Shown here piece by piece: positions 41,575 to 64,000 of a stretch of 64,000 nt of DNA (its first letter is position 1; every line of letters begins with the position of its first letter). A program made the translations under genes and the position numbers. Under the pieces are notes generated by a model. That model was not told the origin of the DNA. It ran no database searches and saw only the letters and a list, made by a program, of their open reading frames with translations. Source of the DNA: Dendrobates tinctorius (Eukaryota); the NCBI RefSeq assembly GCF_039654945.1, contig NW_027361924.1:10540001-10604000 (forward strand). Direction: 5' to 3'.

Positions 41575-42693
41575 CAGGGGCTTCTCTCCAAATTAGAATA
41601 TCATCAGAAAGTGAATTTATTTCAGTTCTTCAATACAGACAGTGACTCTCCTCTATTCTATAGAGTCATTACACACAGAGTGATCTATGTCACGGGTTTA
41701 TTTCTGGTAGTGTTGATGATTATGGCTTACAGCCAATGAGAACCCAAAAGTCATTATCTCAGGAAATTAGAATACTTTATAACAGCAGCTTGAAAAATGA
41801 TTGTAAAATCTGAAATGTTGTCCTACTGAAATGTATGATCAGTAAATGCACTCAATACTTGGTCGGGCTCCATGTGCATCAATTACTGCATCAATGCGGC
41901 GTGGCGTGGAGGCGATCAGCCCTCCAGCAGCTTGGATTGTGGCCTCTCCACTCTTCCTCCAGACTCTGGGACCACTGACAACAGTCCGGTTCTTTTTCTC
42001 CTAGGCCCAGGTAAGACGCTTCTGGCGTTGTCTATCGGTCATGTGTGGCTGACACAAGGAATGTGACACTTGTAGCCCATGTCCTGGACAGGTCTGTGTG
42101 TGGTGTGAAGCAATGACTCTAGCAGCAGCCCACTCCTTGTGAATCTCCCCCACATTACTGAATGGCCTTTTCTTAGCAATCCTTTCCAGGCTGCGGTTAT
42201 CCCGGTTGCTTGTGCACCTTTTTCTACCACACTTTCCTTCCACTCCACTTTCTATTAATATTCTTGGATCCAGCACTCTGTCAACAGCCGGCTTCTTTAG
42301 CAATGACCTTTTGTGGCTTCCCCTCCTTGTGGAGGGTGTCAGTGACTGCCTTCTGGACATCAGTCAGGTCAGCAGTCTTCCCCATGATTGTGGAGGGTGT
42401 CAGTGACTGCCTTCTGGACATCAGTCAGGTCCGCAGGCTTCCCCATGATTGTGGAGGGTGTCAGTGACTGCCTTCTGGACATCAGTCAGGGTCGCAGTCT
42501 TCCCCATGATTGTGGAGCTATTGAAACAGACTAAGGGACCTTTATAAATGCTTAGGAGCCTTTACAGGGGTTTATTGTTAATTATTCTTATTTACTGAGA
42601 TGATGACTTTTGGGTTTTCATTGGCTGTAAGCAATAATCATCATCATTACCAGAAATAAACCCGTGAAATAGATCACTCTGTGTGTAATGACT
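41575..42693 (-). mobile_element. Tc1/mariner element, internally deleted
   Basis: TA|CAG start, long TIRs, - strand transposase N-terminus (MGKTADLTDVQKAVTDTLHKEGKPQKVIAKEAGC); a 61-bp segment is triplicated at 42329-42515. Confidence 0.85.
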
Positions 42694-43508
42694 CAGGTTT
42701 GCCGATCTATAGCCATGTTTCAGGTTTGTGCATTTTGGCGCTTTTTTTTTTTGGCATAGAAATTGTAATTGCTGCTGAACAGCTCAGAAGACAGGTAGCA
42801 GAGGTAGTGATTAGTGTGGATTTAATATTCCCAATTCTAGGTCGCTGGGGCCGGAGCCACCTTTAGGCTTTGCTGTAGGACGCGGCTGAACATCACAGCA
42901 TAATGAATGGGGGTCACATCGGGACCCCGTATCCTAGTTGCATAAAGTTGGATTTTCTGCCCCTTGTGCATCCGGAGTGTTGCAGACCGGCTCCATTCAC
43001 CTCCATTAGGCTGCAGCGTCGCCATCTAGTACTGCAGCAGCTCTCATTTCCCGGGAGCCTGGTGAGGGTCGTACATGGGTCCTGTCTATCAGACGGTTGG
43101 ACTGTCGCCTCCACCATTGTCCCTCCCAATGTGCTGCAGAGTCTCTCCACCATTTTCAGTCATTAACCTACAAGATGCGATTCCTTCCTAGGAGAATTAG
43201 TACTATACTCCAGTGTAGTGGGACATGGTGCGAACAGGGGCAAGGAAAAACAACGGATCAGACGTTATTAAAAAAAACATTAGTTTCCATCATCCCCACT
43301 TTTTGGTATTACGGGTCTGTTACTCAGATTTACCAAAATTTGACCAATACTGCAAAAAGAAAAAATAAATAATCCTGTGCCGACACGACATTGGTCGCCG
43401 CTAGTCTGCAGCACTGACTTCATCCATTTACTAGCCTCAGCACCAAAGCTACACTGATTGGCTGCAGCGGTCACATGGATGCATGTGTCATTAATGCAGG
43501 TGGAGTTA

Positions 43509-43885
43509 GGCTGGTTTCACAATAGCGTTTTTTAGCGCAGCGCATCATGCGCGTCCATGCGTCCTATGTTTAACATGGCGGGCGCATGGTCTAGCGTTTG
43601 CACGCATTTGTATGCATTTTTTGTAGTGTGCGCCTAGGCGCGCCGGATGCAACCTGTTGCATTTTTGGTCCGTCCAATCTGTGTAAAAAAAACGCATGCG
43701 CACGGATTGCGACTAAATAACACATTACAGTCTATGGGAACGCAGGCGTACACATGGACATGCGCACGCCTGCGCTTAAAATCGCATGCGCTTTAAGAGT
43801 TAACATGGCTAGAAACTGGTTAAAACGCATGCGCCTGAAAAAAGCAAACGCATGATGCGTTTTTAATGCTAATGTGAAAGTAGCC
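43509..43885. mobile_element. Harbinger-like MITE
   Basis: ggctggtttcaca ... tgtgaaagtagcc with TTA duplication; empty site at the paralogous position ~12745. Confidence 0.75.
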
Positions 43886-44767
43886 TTAGGGAGTTGCAAA
43901 GGTCAGGAAATGTAAAGGAAGAGGAGAGAGAGACAATTTCCTCCGTGTCCAGAACGGCGTTTAGGGGTAAAATGCATGCGAGGAAGGATCTTCCGGGCAG
44001 GCGCACTTTAAAATAGCGGTCCGCCACTCAGGAAAAACGTTACAGTGTCCGTCTTACTCCACCGGGCGGACGCTGCAATTCTAACGGATCCGTCAAAAAA
44101 CGGGTGCGATGGACGACCATCAGTCAAAATCCGCCGCTATTGCAAGTCTATGGGTAAAAACGGATCTGCAAAAAAATGGCGGATTTTGACTGACGTCAAA
44201 AAACTGAAGTGTGAAACAGGCCTTAAAGGGAGTTGTCGCAGGAAATCAGATGCAAGAATATACTGCACGTGTGTGAATAGCGCCATAGTGCAATGGCCGC
44301 CAATCTCCTAATCACTATCCTGTTCCCCTCCGGGGGGCGCTGACACTGGAACACATCACCCTCTGGCGTCCATAAGTGGCCTCGTTAACCATAGCAACCA
44401 AGGCTCATTTCTAGAGGGTGCTAGTGACACTAGTGGATCCGTGGCCGTGTATTTCCCCAGAAACCATCGTCCCCCTTACAATTCAGACACAAATAGAGTC
44501 AAGAAATTTTTTTAGACACAAAAATAAAGAAAACTGGAGACCGGCGGCCTCGGGCGTTTCACAGTAATGGTACCAACAACTAGGACCGTCTATCCAATCA
44601 GGTTACAGCTTTTATCTTTCACATGAATTCTCAGGAGTGAGAGCTGGGTTCTGATTGGTTGCTATGGTCAGAATACCCTCTCCCACCTGTCTCCATGCAC
44701 TGGTTTTGCTAAAGCAGCCCCGATGTTTCAGTATCAGTCCTTCCTCCACCACTTGTCACAAACGACT

Positions 44768-50554
<5,787 letters not shown>

Positions 50555-51074
50555 ATCTGCTGTACGTTGGAGAGTGTGCGGTATACAGCCCAGAGGAGCG
50601 GATTATATACATACCGGAGCCCTGACCCCGCCCCACCCTGGGCTGAGGCCAAGTGTCATTATGACTCAGCACCGCACACAATAGTCGCCCCTCATCCCAA
50701 GACCCTCTAACACCCTCACTATGTCCGCCAGGCAGTCAGCAGACAGTCATCACTCTGATTATCGACCAAAAAGGAAATTCTATCACCCCGGCTGTTCATC
50801 CTGCGCCTCCTAGTTCACAAACAGAATGCAGGTCGGCAGTGAGGACTGACACCAGCAGAGGAATATTCAGCTTCATGTAGGAACACACAGAAATGGAAGC
50901 AAATACGATTATGAGATAAGAGAACATCTGCGTCTCCTCACTGTCCTGTTTCTGCAGCAGGAGCCTCTCCCCTCTGCCTGATCTATAGTAAGACAGTATG
51001 TATGATTGCGGCCATTGGTGGCTCTCCCCTCATAAGTCTCAGGAGATGCTGGCTATTATTGAGGGGACAAAATG

Positions 51075-52640
51075 GTCCCTTAGTCTGTTTCAATAGCTCC
51101 ACAATCATGGGGAAGACTGCTGACCTGACAGATGTCCAGAAGGCAGTCACTGACACTCCACAAGGAGGGGAAGCCACAAAAGGTCATTGCTAAAGAAGCC
51201 GGCTGTTCACACAGTGCTGTATCCAAGCAGATTAATGGAAAGTGGAGTGGAAGGAAAAGGTGTGGTAGAAAAAGGTGCACAAGCCACTGGGATAACCGCA
51301 GCCTGGAAAGGATTGTTAGTAAAAGGCCATTCAGTAATGTGGGGGAGATTCCCCATGAGCGGACTGCTGCTGGAGTCATTGCTTCACACCACACACAGAC
51401 GTCTCCAGGACATGGGCTACAAGTGTCACATTCCTTGTGTCAGCCACTCATGACCAATAGACAACGCGAGAAGCGTCTTACCTGGGCCAAGGAGAAGAAG
51501 AACCGGACTGTGGTCAGTGGTCCCAGAGTCTGGAGGAAGAGTGGAGGGGCCACAATCCAAGCTGCTGGAGGTCTAGTGTGAAGTCTCCACCATCAGTGAT
51601 GGTTTGGGGAGCCATGTCTGAGAGGAGACTTAATAGCTGTCTACAAATATCTCAAGGGCTGTCACATTGTAGGAGGAGCATCTTTATTCTCATTTGCACA
51701 AGGAAAGACTAGAAGCAATGGGATGAAACTGAATGGGAGGAGACACAGATTAGATATTAGAAAAAACTTTTTGACAGTTAGAGTGATCAATGAGTGGAAC
51801 AGGCTGCCACGAGAAGTGGTGAGTTCTCCTTCAATGGAAGTCTTCAGAGGCTGGACAGACATCTGACTGGGATGATTTAGCGAATCCTGCTTTGAGCAGG
51901 GGGTTGGACCAGATGGCCCAGGAGGTCCCTTCCAACTCTACGATTCTATGTCATCTGCTGGTGTAGGTCCACTGTGTTTTATCAAGACCAAAGTCAGCGC
52001 AGCCGTCTACCAGGACATGTTACAGCACTTCATGCTTCCCTCTACCGACAATCTTTTTGGAGATGGAAATGTCATTCTCCAGCAGGACTTGGCACCTGTC
52101 CACACTGCCAAAAGCACCAATACCTGGTGTAAAGACAACAGTATCACCGGGCTTGATTGGCAGCAAACTCACCTGACCTTAACCCCATAGAGAATCTATG
52201 GAGTATTGTCAAGAGGAAGACGAGAGACACCAGACCCAACAATGCAGACGAGCTGAAGGCTGCTATCAAAGCGACCTGGGCTTCCATAACCCCTCAGCTG
52301 TGCCACAGGATGATCGCCTCCATGCCACGCCGCATTGATGCAGAAGGAGCCGCAACCAAGTACTGAGGGCATCTACTGATCATACATTTCAGAAGGACGA
52401 CATTTCAGATTTTACAATCATTTTTCAAGCTGGTGTTATAAAGTATTCTAATTTCCTGAGATAATGACTTTTGGGTTCTCATTGGCTGTAAGCCGTAATC
52501 ATCAACATTACCAGAAATAAACCCGTGACAAAGATCACTCTCTGTGTAATGACTCTATAGAATAGAGGAGAGGCGCTGTCTGTATTGAAGAACTGAAATA
52601 AATTCACTTTGATATTATAATTTTGTGAGAAGCTCCTATA
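51075..52640 (+). mobile_element. Tc1 transposon (frameshifted transposase, left end lost)
   Basis: MGKTADLTDVQK..., GRKRCTS, QQDLAPVHTAKST, NSPDLNPIENLW; right TIR 52380-52640. Confidence 0.9.
51619..51947 (+). mobile_element. CR1 LINE 3' fragment inserted in the Tc1 transposase
   Basis: RGDLIAVYKYLKG...WNRLP coding remnant; CR1-type 3' end ggtcccttccaactctacgattct; ATGTC duplication. Confidence 0.85.
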
Positions 52641-54628
52641 TATAGGATTTAAGTCACTGACATCAAGCAGAGGTCTTGACCGACAGATTGCTGATATTCT
52701 GATGGTTTTTTTTTTTTTTATACATTTAAAGGGGAAGTCCACTGAAATTAATAGGAGTTGGCCGGTCCTACTGCTAGGACTTTCCCTGGTGGATGCTGAT
52801 TGGCTGCCGCAGACAAACAGCACTCGGCTTGCAGGCTGCCATTGTGAATGTGGCTCTGTATCGGATCCTTGGCTCGCAGGTCTACTCTATGGACTATCCG
52901 AGCCCTGAAGGTGCAGAGATTCCGATCCCATGACCCGGGCGGCGGCACAGAATAGGCCGTGTGATGGAGTAATCCTCTGCAGCTGCTGGCCTCATACCAG
53001 GGACACCGCGCAGGGACGGACCGAACCGCCACAAATAACCGGCCCCCGAACTCCGACAGTGCAGGGGGGCACTTAGCTTATCCTACATCTTCATCACTGT
53101 GGAAAGACAACATTTCCTAGATAGCAAATCACCTGAACAAGCAGGGAATGCTGGGAGATTTCAGCTCTGAAGTCTGCAGAATTGTGAATGAAGCTCTTGA
53201 GTATAAAACTGAGATCACATTGGAGTTATCAATTCTTTTTTTTTCCTGTCAAAGGACAATGTAAGTCGCCCCATCACACAACGAGTTTTTCAGGATCAGT
53301 CGGGTCAGATTTATAGCAGAGCTCAGAGTATTTGAAGAAAAAAAAAAAAACCAACGAGTGTGGGGGGAGGGGTCAGGGCATTTTTATGCTTTCTTCTGCA
53401 ATATACATCAGGTATGGTGAGGGAGTTTAAGTTTTTTCTCACGTCAATATTTTTTTGGAGGCCATGCAGTATATATAAAACACATGCACAAAAGTGAACA
53501 AGTTGGTAGGACCGTGTTCACACCACCCAAAGATGGGGGGGGGGGGGGGAGAAAAAAAAAAAAAAAAAAAAAAAAACACACACACAGATAAAAACAGGGT
53601 ATTTAGTTGATGTTTTTTGCGAAGTGTATACTAAGCCACTCCACCAGTGTCATGGTATACCTATCTCGGAGCAGTCCTATCCAAGACCTGATCATGTGAA
53701 CAGTACCTATAGGAGCAGGATTCAGAAAGGCAATGCCTGATGTAGTTACGCTGTGCAGGACGGCTTTCTATGTGCATGTCTCACAAGAGAGGGGTGGGAA
53801 TCTCCCAAAACTTGCACAAGCAAGAAACAAACTAAACTATATACAGTATATATTTTTGCAGCAGTTTCAAACACACACACACACACGTAGAACTTCTGCA
53901 AAACTCCTTGTGGGAAAAAAAGTTCGTGTCACTTCTCTGAAGCCTCATATACCACGTTCCATAAGTGTCAGACATCAGCATACTCCTCTCTCCCCATAGA
54001 GAACGCATGAACGATCCCATGTATGAGTGAGCGTGGAAAGATGGCGGGCAGCCAATATGAGAAACAGTCATCTAGGAAGTGTGGGATCTTTACACTCCAG
54101 AGCTGAAATCTGAGTTCTACAGGATACTATAAGAAGCCATCAGAAAACAAGGTCAGAACCCCTCACCTCATTAGCGTGGCCACTAGGGGGCAGAGGATGT
54201 GGTCACTAATAGACTCCATAGGGCAGAAGTGGCCTCGTTACCCATAGCAACCAATGCTCATTTTTAAGGTTGCTAGTGACACCAGTAGATAGGCTGTGTA
54301 TCCCCAGAAACCATCATCCGCCTTACAAGTCAGACACCAATGTCAGAGTTCAGAGATTGTTTTTTTATTAGATACAAACATACAGAATACTGGAGACCGG
54401 CGGCCTCGGGGGTTTCACAGTAATGGTCCCAAAAACTAGGACACAAAGGTCTATCCAATCAGGTTACAGCTTTCATCTTCCACATGGAGTCTCAGGAGTG
54501 AGAGCTGGGTTCTGATTGGTTGCTATGGTCAGAGTACTCTCTCCCACCTGTCTCCATGCACTAGTTTTGCTAAAGCAGCCCCGATGTTTCAGTATCAGTC
54601 CTTCCTCCACCACTTGTCACAAACAGCT

Positions 54629-58650
<4,022 letters not shown>

Positions 58651-59340
58651 ATCTGCTGTGGACTGGAGAGTGTGCGGTATACAGCCCAGAGGAGCGGATT
58701 ATATACCGGAGCCCGGACCCCTCCCCATCCTGGGCTGTGGCCAAGCGTCATTATGACTCAGCACTGCACACAATAGTCGCCACTCATCCCAAGACCCTCT
58801 AACACCCTCACTATGTCCGCCAGCAGTCAGCAGACAGTCATCACTCTGATTATCGACCAAAAAGGAAATTCCATCACCCCGGCTGTTCATCCTGCGCCTC
58901 CTAGTTCACAAACAGAATGCAGGTCGGCAGTGAGGACTGACACCAGCAGAGGAATATTCAGCTTCATGTAGAAACGCAGAGAAATGGAAGCAAATACGAG
59001 ATCTAGAAATAATAAGGGATCAGCGACAGATTACTGACGTCGTGATGTTTATTTTATAAGGGGGAATATCAGCGACATTAATAGGAGGCGGCGGTCCTGT
59101 TCCTACGACTCGCTGGTGGCTGTTGATTGGTTGAATGTCTGCGGCGGCCATTGTGAATGTGGCCCCCGACCTCCGACAGTGCAGGGGCCACTTAGCTCAT
59201 CCTACATCTCATCACTGTGGAAAGACAACATTTCCTAGAAAGCAAATCAGGGAATGCTGGGAGATTTCAGCTCTGAAGACTGCAGAATTGTGAATGCAGC
59301 TCTGGAGTGTAAAATTCAGCTCACATTGGAGTTGTCAATT

Positions 59341-61350
59341 CTGCAGAACATCGCCCCATCACCCTGCAGAACATCTCTCCATCACACCGCAGAACATCGC
59401 CCCATCACACCGCAGAACATCGCCCCATATCCCTGCAGAACATCGCCCCATCACCCTGCAGAACATCTCTCCATCACCCTGCAGAACATCGCCCCATCAC
59501 CCTGCAGAACATCGCCCCATCACACCGCAGAACATCGCCCCATCACCCTGCAGAACATCGCCCCATCACCCTGCAGAACATCGCCCCATCACACTGCAGA
59601 ACATCGCCCCATCACCCTGCAGAACATCGCCCCATCACACCGCAGAACATCGCCCCATCACCCTGCAGAACATCGCCCCATCACCCTGCAGAACATCACC
59701 CCATCCCCCTGCAGAACATCGCCCCATCACACCACAGAACATCGCCCCATCACACTGCAGAACATCGCCCCATCACCCTGCAGAACATCGCCCCATCACA
59801 CCGCAGAACATCGCCCCATCACCCTGCAGAACATCGCCCCATCACCCTGCAGAACATCGCCCCATCCCCCTGCAGAACATCGCCCCATCACACCACAGAA
59901 CATCGCCCCATCACACCGCAGAACATCGCCCCATCACCCTGCAGAACATCGCCTCATCACACCGCAGAACATCGCCCCATCACACCGCAGAACATCGCCC
60001 CATCACCCTGCAGAACATCGCCCCATCACCCTGCAGAACATCGCCCCATCACCCTGCAGAACATCGCCCCATCACCCTGCAGAACATCGCCCCGTCACAG
60101 CGCAGAACATCGCCCCATCACCCTGCAGAACATCTCTCCATCACACCGCAGAACATCGCCCCATCACACCGCAGAACATCGCCCAATATCCCTGCAGAAC
60201 ATCGCCCCATCACCCTGCAGAACATCTCTCCATCACACCGCAGAACATCGCCCCATCACACCGCAGAACATCGCCCCATCACCCTGCAGAACATCGCCCC
60301 ATCACCCTGCAGAACATCGCCCCATCACCCTGCAGAACATCGCCCCATCACCCTGCAGAACATCGCCCCATCCCCCTGCAGAACATCGCCCCATCACACC
60401 ACAGAACATCGCCCCATCACACTGCAGAACATCGCCCCATCACCCTGCAGAACATCGCCCCATCACACCACAGAACATCGCCCCATCACCCTGCAGAACA
60501 TCGCCCCATCACCCTGCAGAACATCGCCCCATCCCCCTGCAGAACATCGCCCCATCACACCACAGAACATCGCCCCATCACACCGCAGAACATCGCCCCA
60601 TCACCCTGCAGAACATCGCCTCATCACACCGCAGAACATCGCCCCATCACACCGCAGAACATCGCCCCATCACCCTGCAGAACATCGCCCCATCACCCTG
60701 CAGAACATCGCCCCATCACCCTGCAGAACATCGCCCCATCACCCTGCAGAACATCGCCCCGTCACAGCGCAGAACATCGCCCCATCACCCTGCAGAACAT
60801 CTCTCCATCACACCGCAGAACATCGCCCCATCACACCGCAGAACATCGCCCCATATCCCTGCAGAACATCGCCCCATCACCCTGCAGAACATCTCTCCAT
60901 CACACCGCAGAACATCGCCCCATCACACCGCAGAACATCGCCCCATCACCCTGCAGAACATCGCCCCATCACCCTGCAGAACATCGCCCCATCACACCGC
61001 AGAACATCGCCCCATCACACTGCAGAACATCGCCCCATCACCCTGCAGAACATCGCCCCATCACCCTGCAGAACATCGCCCCATCACCCTGCAGAACATC
61101 GCCCCATCACCCTGCAGAACATCGCCCCATCACACCGCAGAACATCGCCCCATCACCCTGCAGAACATCGCCCCATCACCCTGCAGAACATCGCCCCATC
61201 ACACCGCAGAACATCGCCCCATCACCCTGCAGAACATCGCCCCATCACCCTGCAGAACATCGCCCCATCACCCTGCAGAACATCGCCCCATCACACCGCA
61301 GAACATCGCCCCATCACCCTGCAGAACATCGCCCCATCACCCTGCAGAAC
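59341..61350. repeat. 23-bp minisatellite (~87 units)
   Basis: ctgcagaacatcgccccatcacc units; explains the 734/695-aa repetitive ORFs. Confidence 0.96.
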
Positions 61351-61384
61351 AGGGTTTATTTTTGTGGGACGTGCATTATAATGT

Positions 61385-61760
61385 ATGAAGGCCTATGGGG
61401 AGTGTATTATACTGTATGGAGGCCTATGGGGAGTGTATTGTCCTGTATGGAGGCCTAGGGTGAATGTATTATACTGTATGGAGGACTATGGGAGTGTATT
61501 ATGCTGTCTGGAGGCCTAGGGTGAGTGTATTATACTGTATGGAGGCCTATGGGGAGTGTATTGTCCTGTATGGAGGCCTAGGGTGAATGTATTATACTGT
61601 ATGGAGCACTATGGGAGTGCATTATACTGTATGGAGGCCTATGGGGAGCATATTATACTATATATAGGACTATGGGGAATGCATTATACTATATGGAGGT
61701 CTATGGGTAATGCATTGTACTGTATGGAGGTCTATGGGGAGTGTATTATACTGTATGAAG
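61385..61760. repeat. ~31-bp minisatellite (tatactgtatggaggcctatggggagtgtat)n, inverted relative of the intronic 31-bp arrays
   Basis: Tandem units sharing ctgtatggag (reverse complement of ctccatacag). Confidence 0.82.
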
Positions 61761-62174
61761 GCCATTTAGGGGACCATCATACAGTGTGGGGATTACAGTG
61801 AGGGGGCCATCATACAGTGTGGGAGTTAATGTGGGGTATTTTTTTACAGTGTTGGGGCCATGAAGCAGTTTAGGTGCTACTAACGGATCAGCATACTGTG
61901 TGCAGGGGTACTATATAATGCGTGGGTCATTATACTGTGTATAAGAGAGCATCATACTGTGTATAGGGGAGCTGTACAGGGGGACTCGGGACATTATTAA
62001 ATGTAAAGTGGGCACTTAGTGTTATAGGGAAACTCAGGTTACTGTGATGTCAGAGGGGCACATGTATTACTTTCTAGGGGGTAAAATGTGGGTGCTGTTT
62101 TCTAGGGCACTTGCACCCGGCATTACTATATTCTAGAGAGTTGCTTTAGAATTTAGAGGGCACAGAGAACCACA

Positions 62175-64000
62175 CAGCAGGTGCAGTAATATGGACACAT
62201 ACGGCAGCAGCGGCTCAGTATTGGGGTATCAGGTGCAGTAATAGGGAGACATACGGCAGCAGCGGCTCAGCATTGGGGTATCAGGTGCAGTAATAGGTAC
62301 ACATACAGCAGCAGCGGCTCAGTATTGGGGTATCAGGTGCAGTAATAGGGACACATACGGCAGAGGCTCAGTATTGGGGTATCAGGTGCAGTAATAGGGA
62401 CACATACGGCAGCAGGGGCTCAGTATTGGGATATCAAGTGCAGTAATAGGAACACATAAGGCAGAGGCTCAGTATTGGGGTATCAGGTGCAGTAATAGGG
62501 ACACATACGGCAGCAGAGGCTCAGCATTGGAGTATCAGGTGCAGTAATAGGGACACATATGGCAGAGGCTCAGCATTGGGGTATCAGGTGCAGTAATAGG
62601 GACACATACGGCAGAGGTTCAGCATTGGGGTATCAGGTGCAGTAATAGGGGCACATACGGCAGCAGCGGCTCAGTATCGGGGTATCAAGTGCAGTAATAG
62701 GGACACATACGGCAGAGGTTCAGCATTGGGGTATCAGGTGCAGTAATAGGGACACATACGGCAGCAGGGGCTCAGCATTGGGGTATCAGGGGCAGTAATA
62801 GTGACACATACAGCAGCAGAGGCTCAGCATTGGGGTATCAGGTGGAGTAATAGGCACACATACGGCAGAGGCTCAGCATTGGGATATCAGGTGCAGTAAT
62901 AGCGACACATACGGCAGAGGCTCAGCATTGGGGTATCAGGTGCAGTAATAGGTACACATACGGCAGCAGGGGCTCAGTATTGGGATATCAAGTGCAGTAA
63001 TAGGGACACATACAGCAGAGGCTCAGTATTGGGGTATCAGGTGCAGTAATAGGGACACATACGGCAGCAGAGGCTCAGCATTGGGGTATCAGGTGCAGTA
63101 ATAGGGACACATACGGCAGAGGCTCAGCATTGGGCTATCAGGTGCAGTAATAGGGACATATACGGCAACAGCGGCTCAGTATTGGGGTATCAAGTGCAGT
63201 AATAGGGACACATACGGCAGAGGTTCAGCATTGGGGTATCAGGTGCAGTAATAGGGACATATACGGCAGCAGCGGCTCAGCATTGGGGTATCAGGTGCAG
63301 TAATAGTGACACATACAGCAGCAGAGGCTCAGCATTGGGGTATCGGGTGCAGTAATAGGGACACATACGGCAGCAGCGGCTCAGCATTGGGGTATCAGGT
63401 GCAGTAATAGTGACACATACAGCAGCAGAGGCTCAAACATTGGGGTATCAGGTGGAGTAATAGGGACAGTTACGGCAGAGGCTCAGCATTGGGATATCAG
63501 GTGCAGTAATATGGACACATACGGCAGCAGAGGCTCAGTATTGGGGTATCAGGTGCAGTAATAGGGACACATATGGCAGAGGTTCAGCATTGGGATATCA
63601 GGTGCAGTAATATGGACACATACGGCAGCAGAGGCTCAGTATTGGGGTATCAGGTGCAGTAATAGGGACATATGGCAGAGGTTCAGTATTGGGGTACCAG
63701 GTGCAGTAATAGGGACATATGCGGCAGCAGCAGCTCAGTATTGGGGTATCAGGTGCAGTAATAGGGACACATACGGCAGCAGTGGCTCAGTATTGGGGTA
63801 TCAGGTGCAGTAATAGGGAGACATACGGCAGCAGCGGCTTAGCTTTGGGGTATCAGGTGCAGTAATAGGGACACATACGGCAGCAGCGGCTCAGTATTGG
63901 GGTATCAGGTGCAGTAATAGGGACACATACAGCAGCGGCTCAGTATTGGGGTATCAGGTGCAGTAATAGGGACACATACGGCAGCAGAGGCTCAGTATTG
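62175..64000. repeat. 52/49-bp minisatellite, runs off the window end
   Basis: Unit caggtgcagtaatagggacacatacggcag(cag)cggctcagtattggggtat. Confidence 0.95.

Noticed and set aside
59254-61458. 734-aa and 695-aa Pro/His-rich ORFs (also 40639-41400)
   Set aside because: Stop-free 23-bp minisatellite giving the same 23-aa period in overlapping frames; no splice or domain evidence.

Overview
Eukaryotic (vertebrate) genomic DNA; the transposon and satellite families suggest an anuran amphibian. Four intact spliced genes can be reconstructed. CDIP1 (LITAF-domain protein, + strand, 4 coding exons, 198 aa) is followed convergently by a tandem array of three NMRAL1/HSCARG paralogues (- strand; A 13396-29331, B 44768-50554, C 54629-58650). 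Each paralogue has exons of 40/239/250/191/180 bp and encodes 299 aa. The main observation is paralogue A: the NmrA-type non-catalytic H129xxxK133 motif has become a canonical SDR Y129xxxK133 motif, and many predicted pocket residues differ among the copies, so it is a candidate sensor-to-enzyme neofunctionalisation. The rest is nested repeats: a DIRS1 retrotransposon with ITRs and ICR, a Gmr1-like Gypsy element (PR-INT-RT-RH order) holding an L2 fragment and a captured DIRS patch, a Penelope-like fragment with a hammerhead ribozyme motif, Tc1 elements, a CR1 fragment, a solo LTR, TTAA (T2/Kolobok-like) and TWA (Harbinger-like) MITEs, and about ten tandem-repeat arrays. Most long ORFs in the supplied track are artefacts of these arrays.
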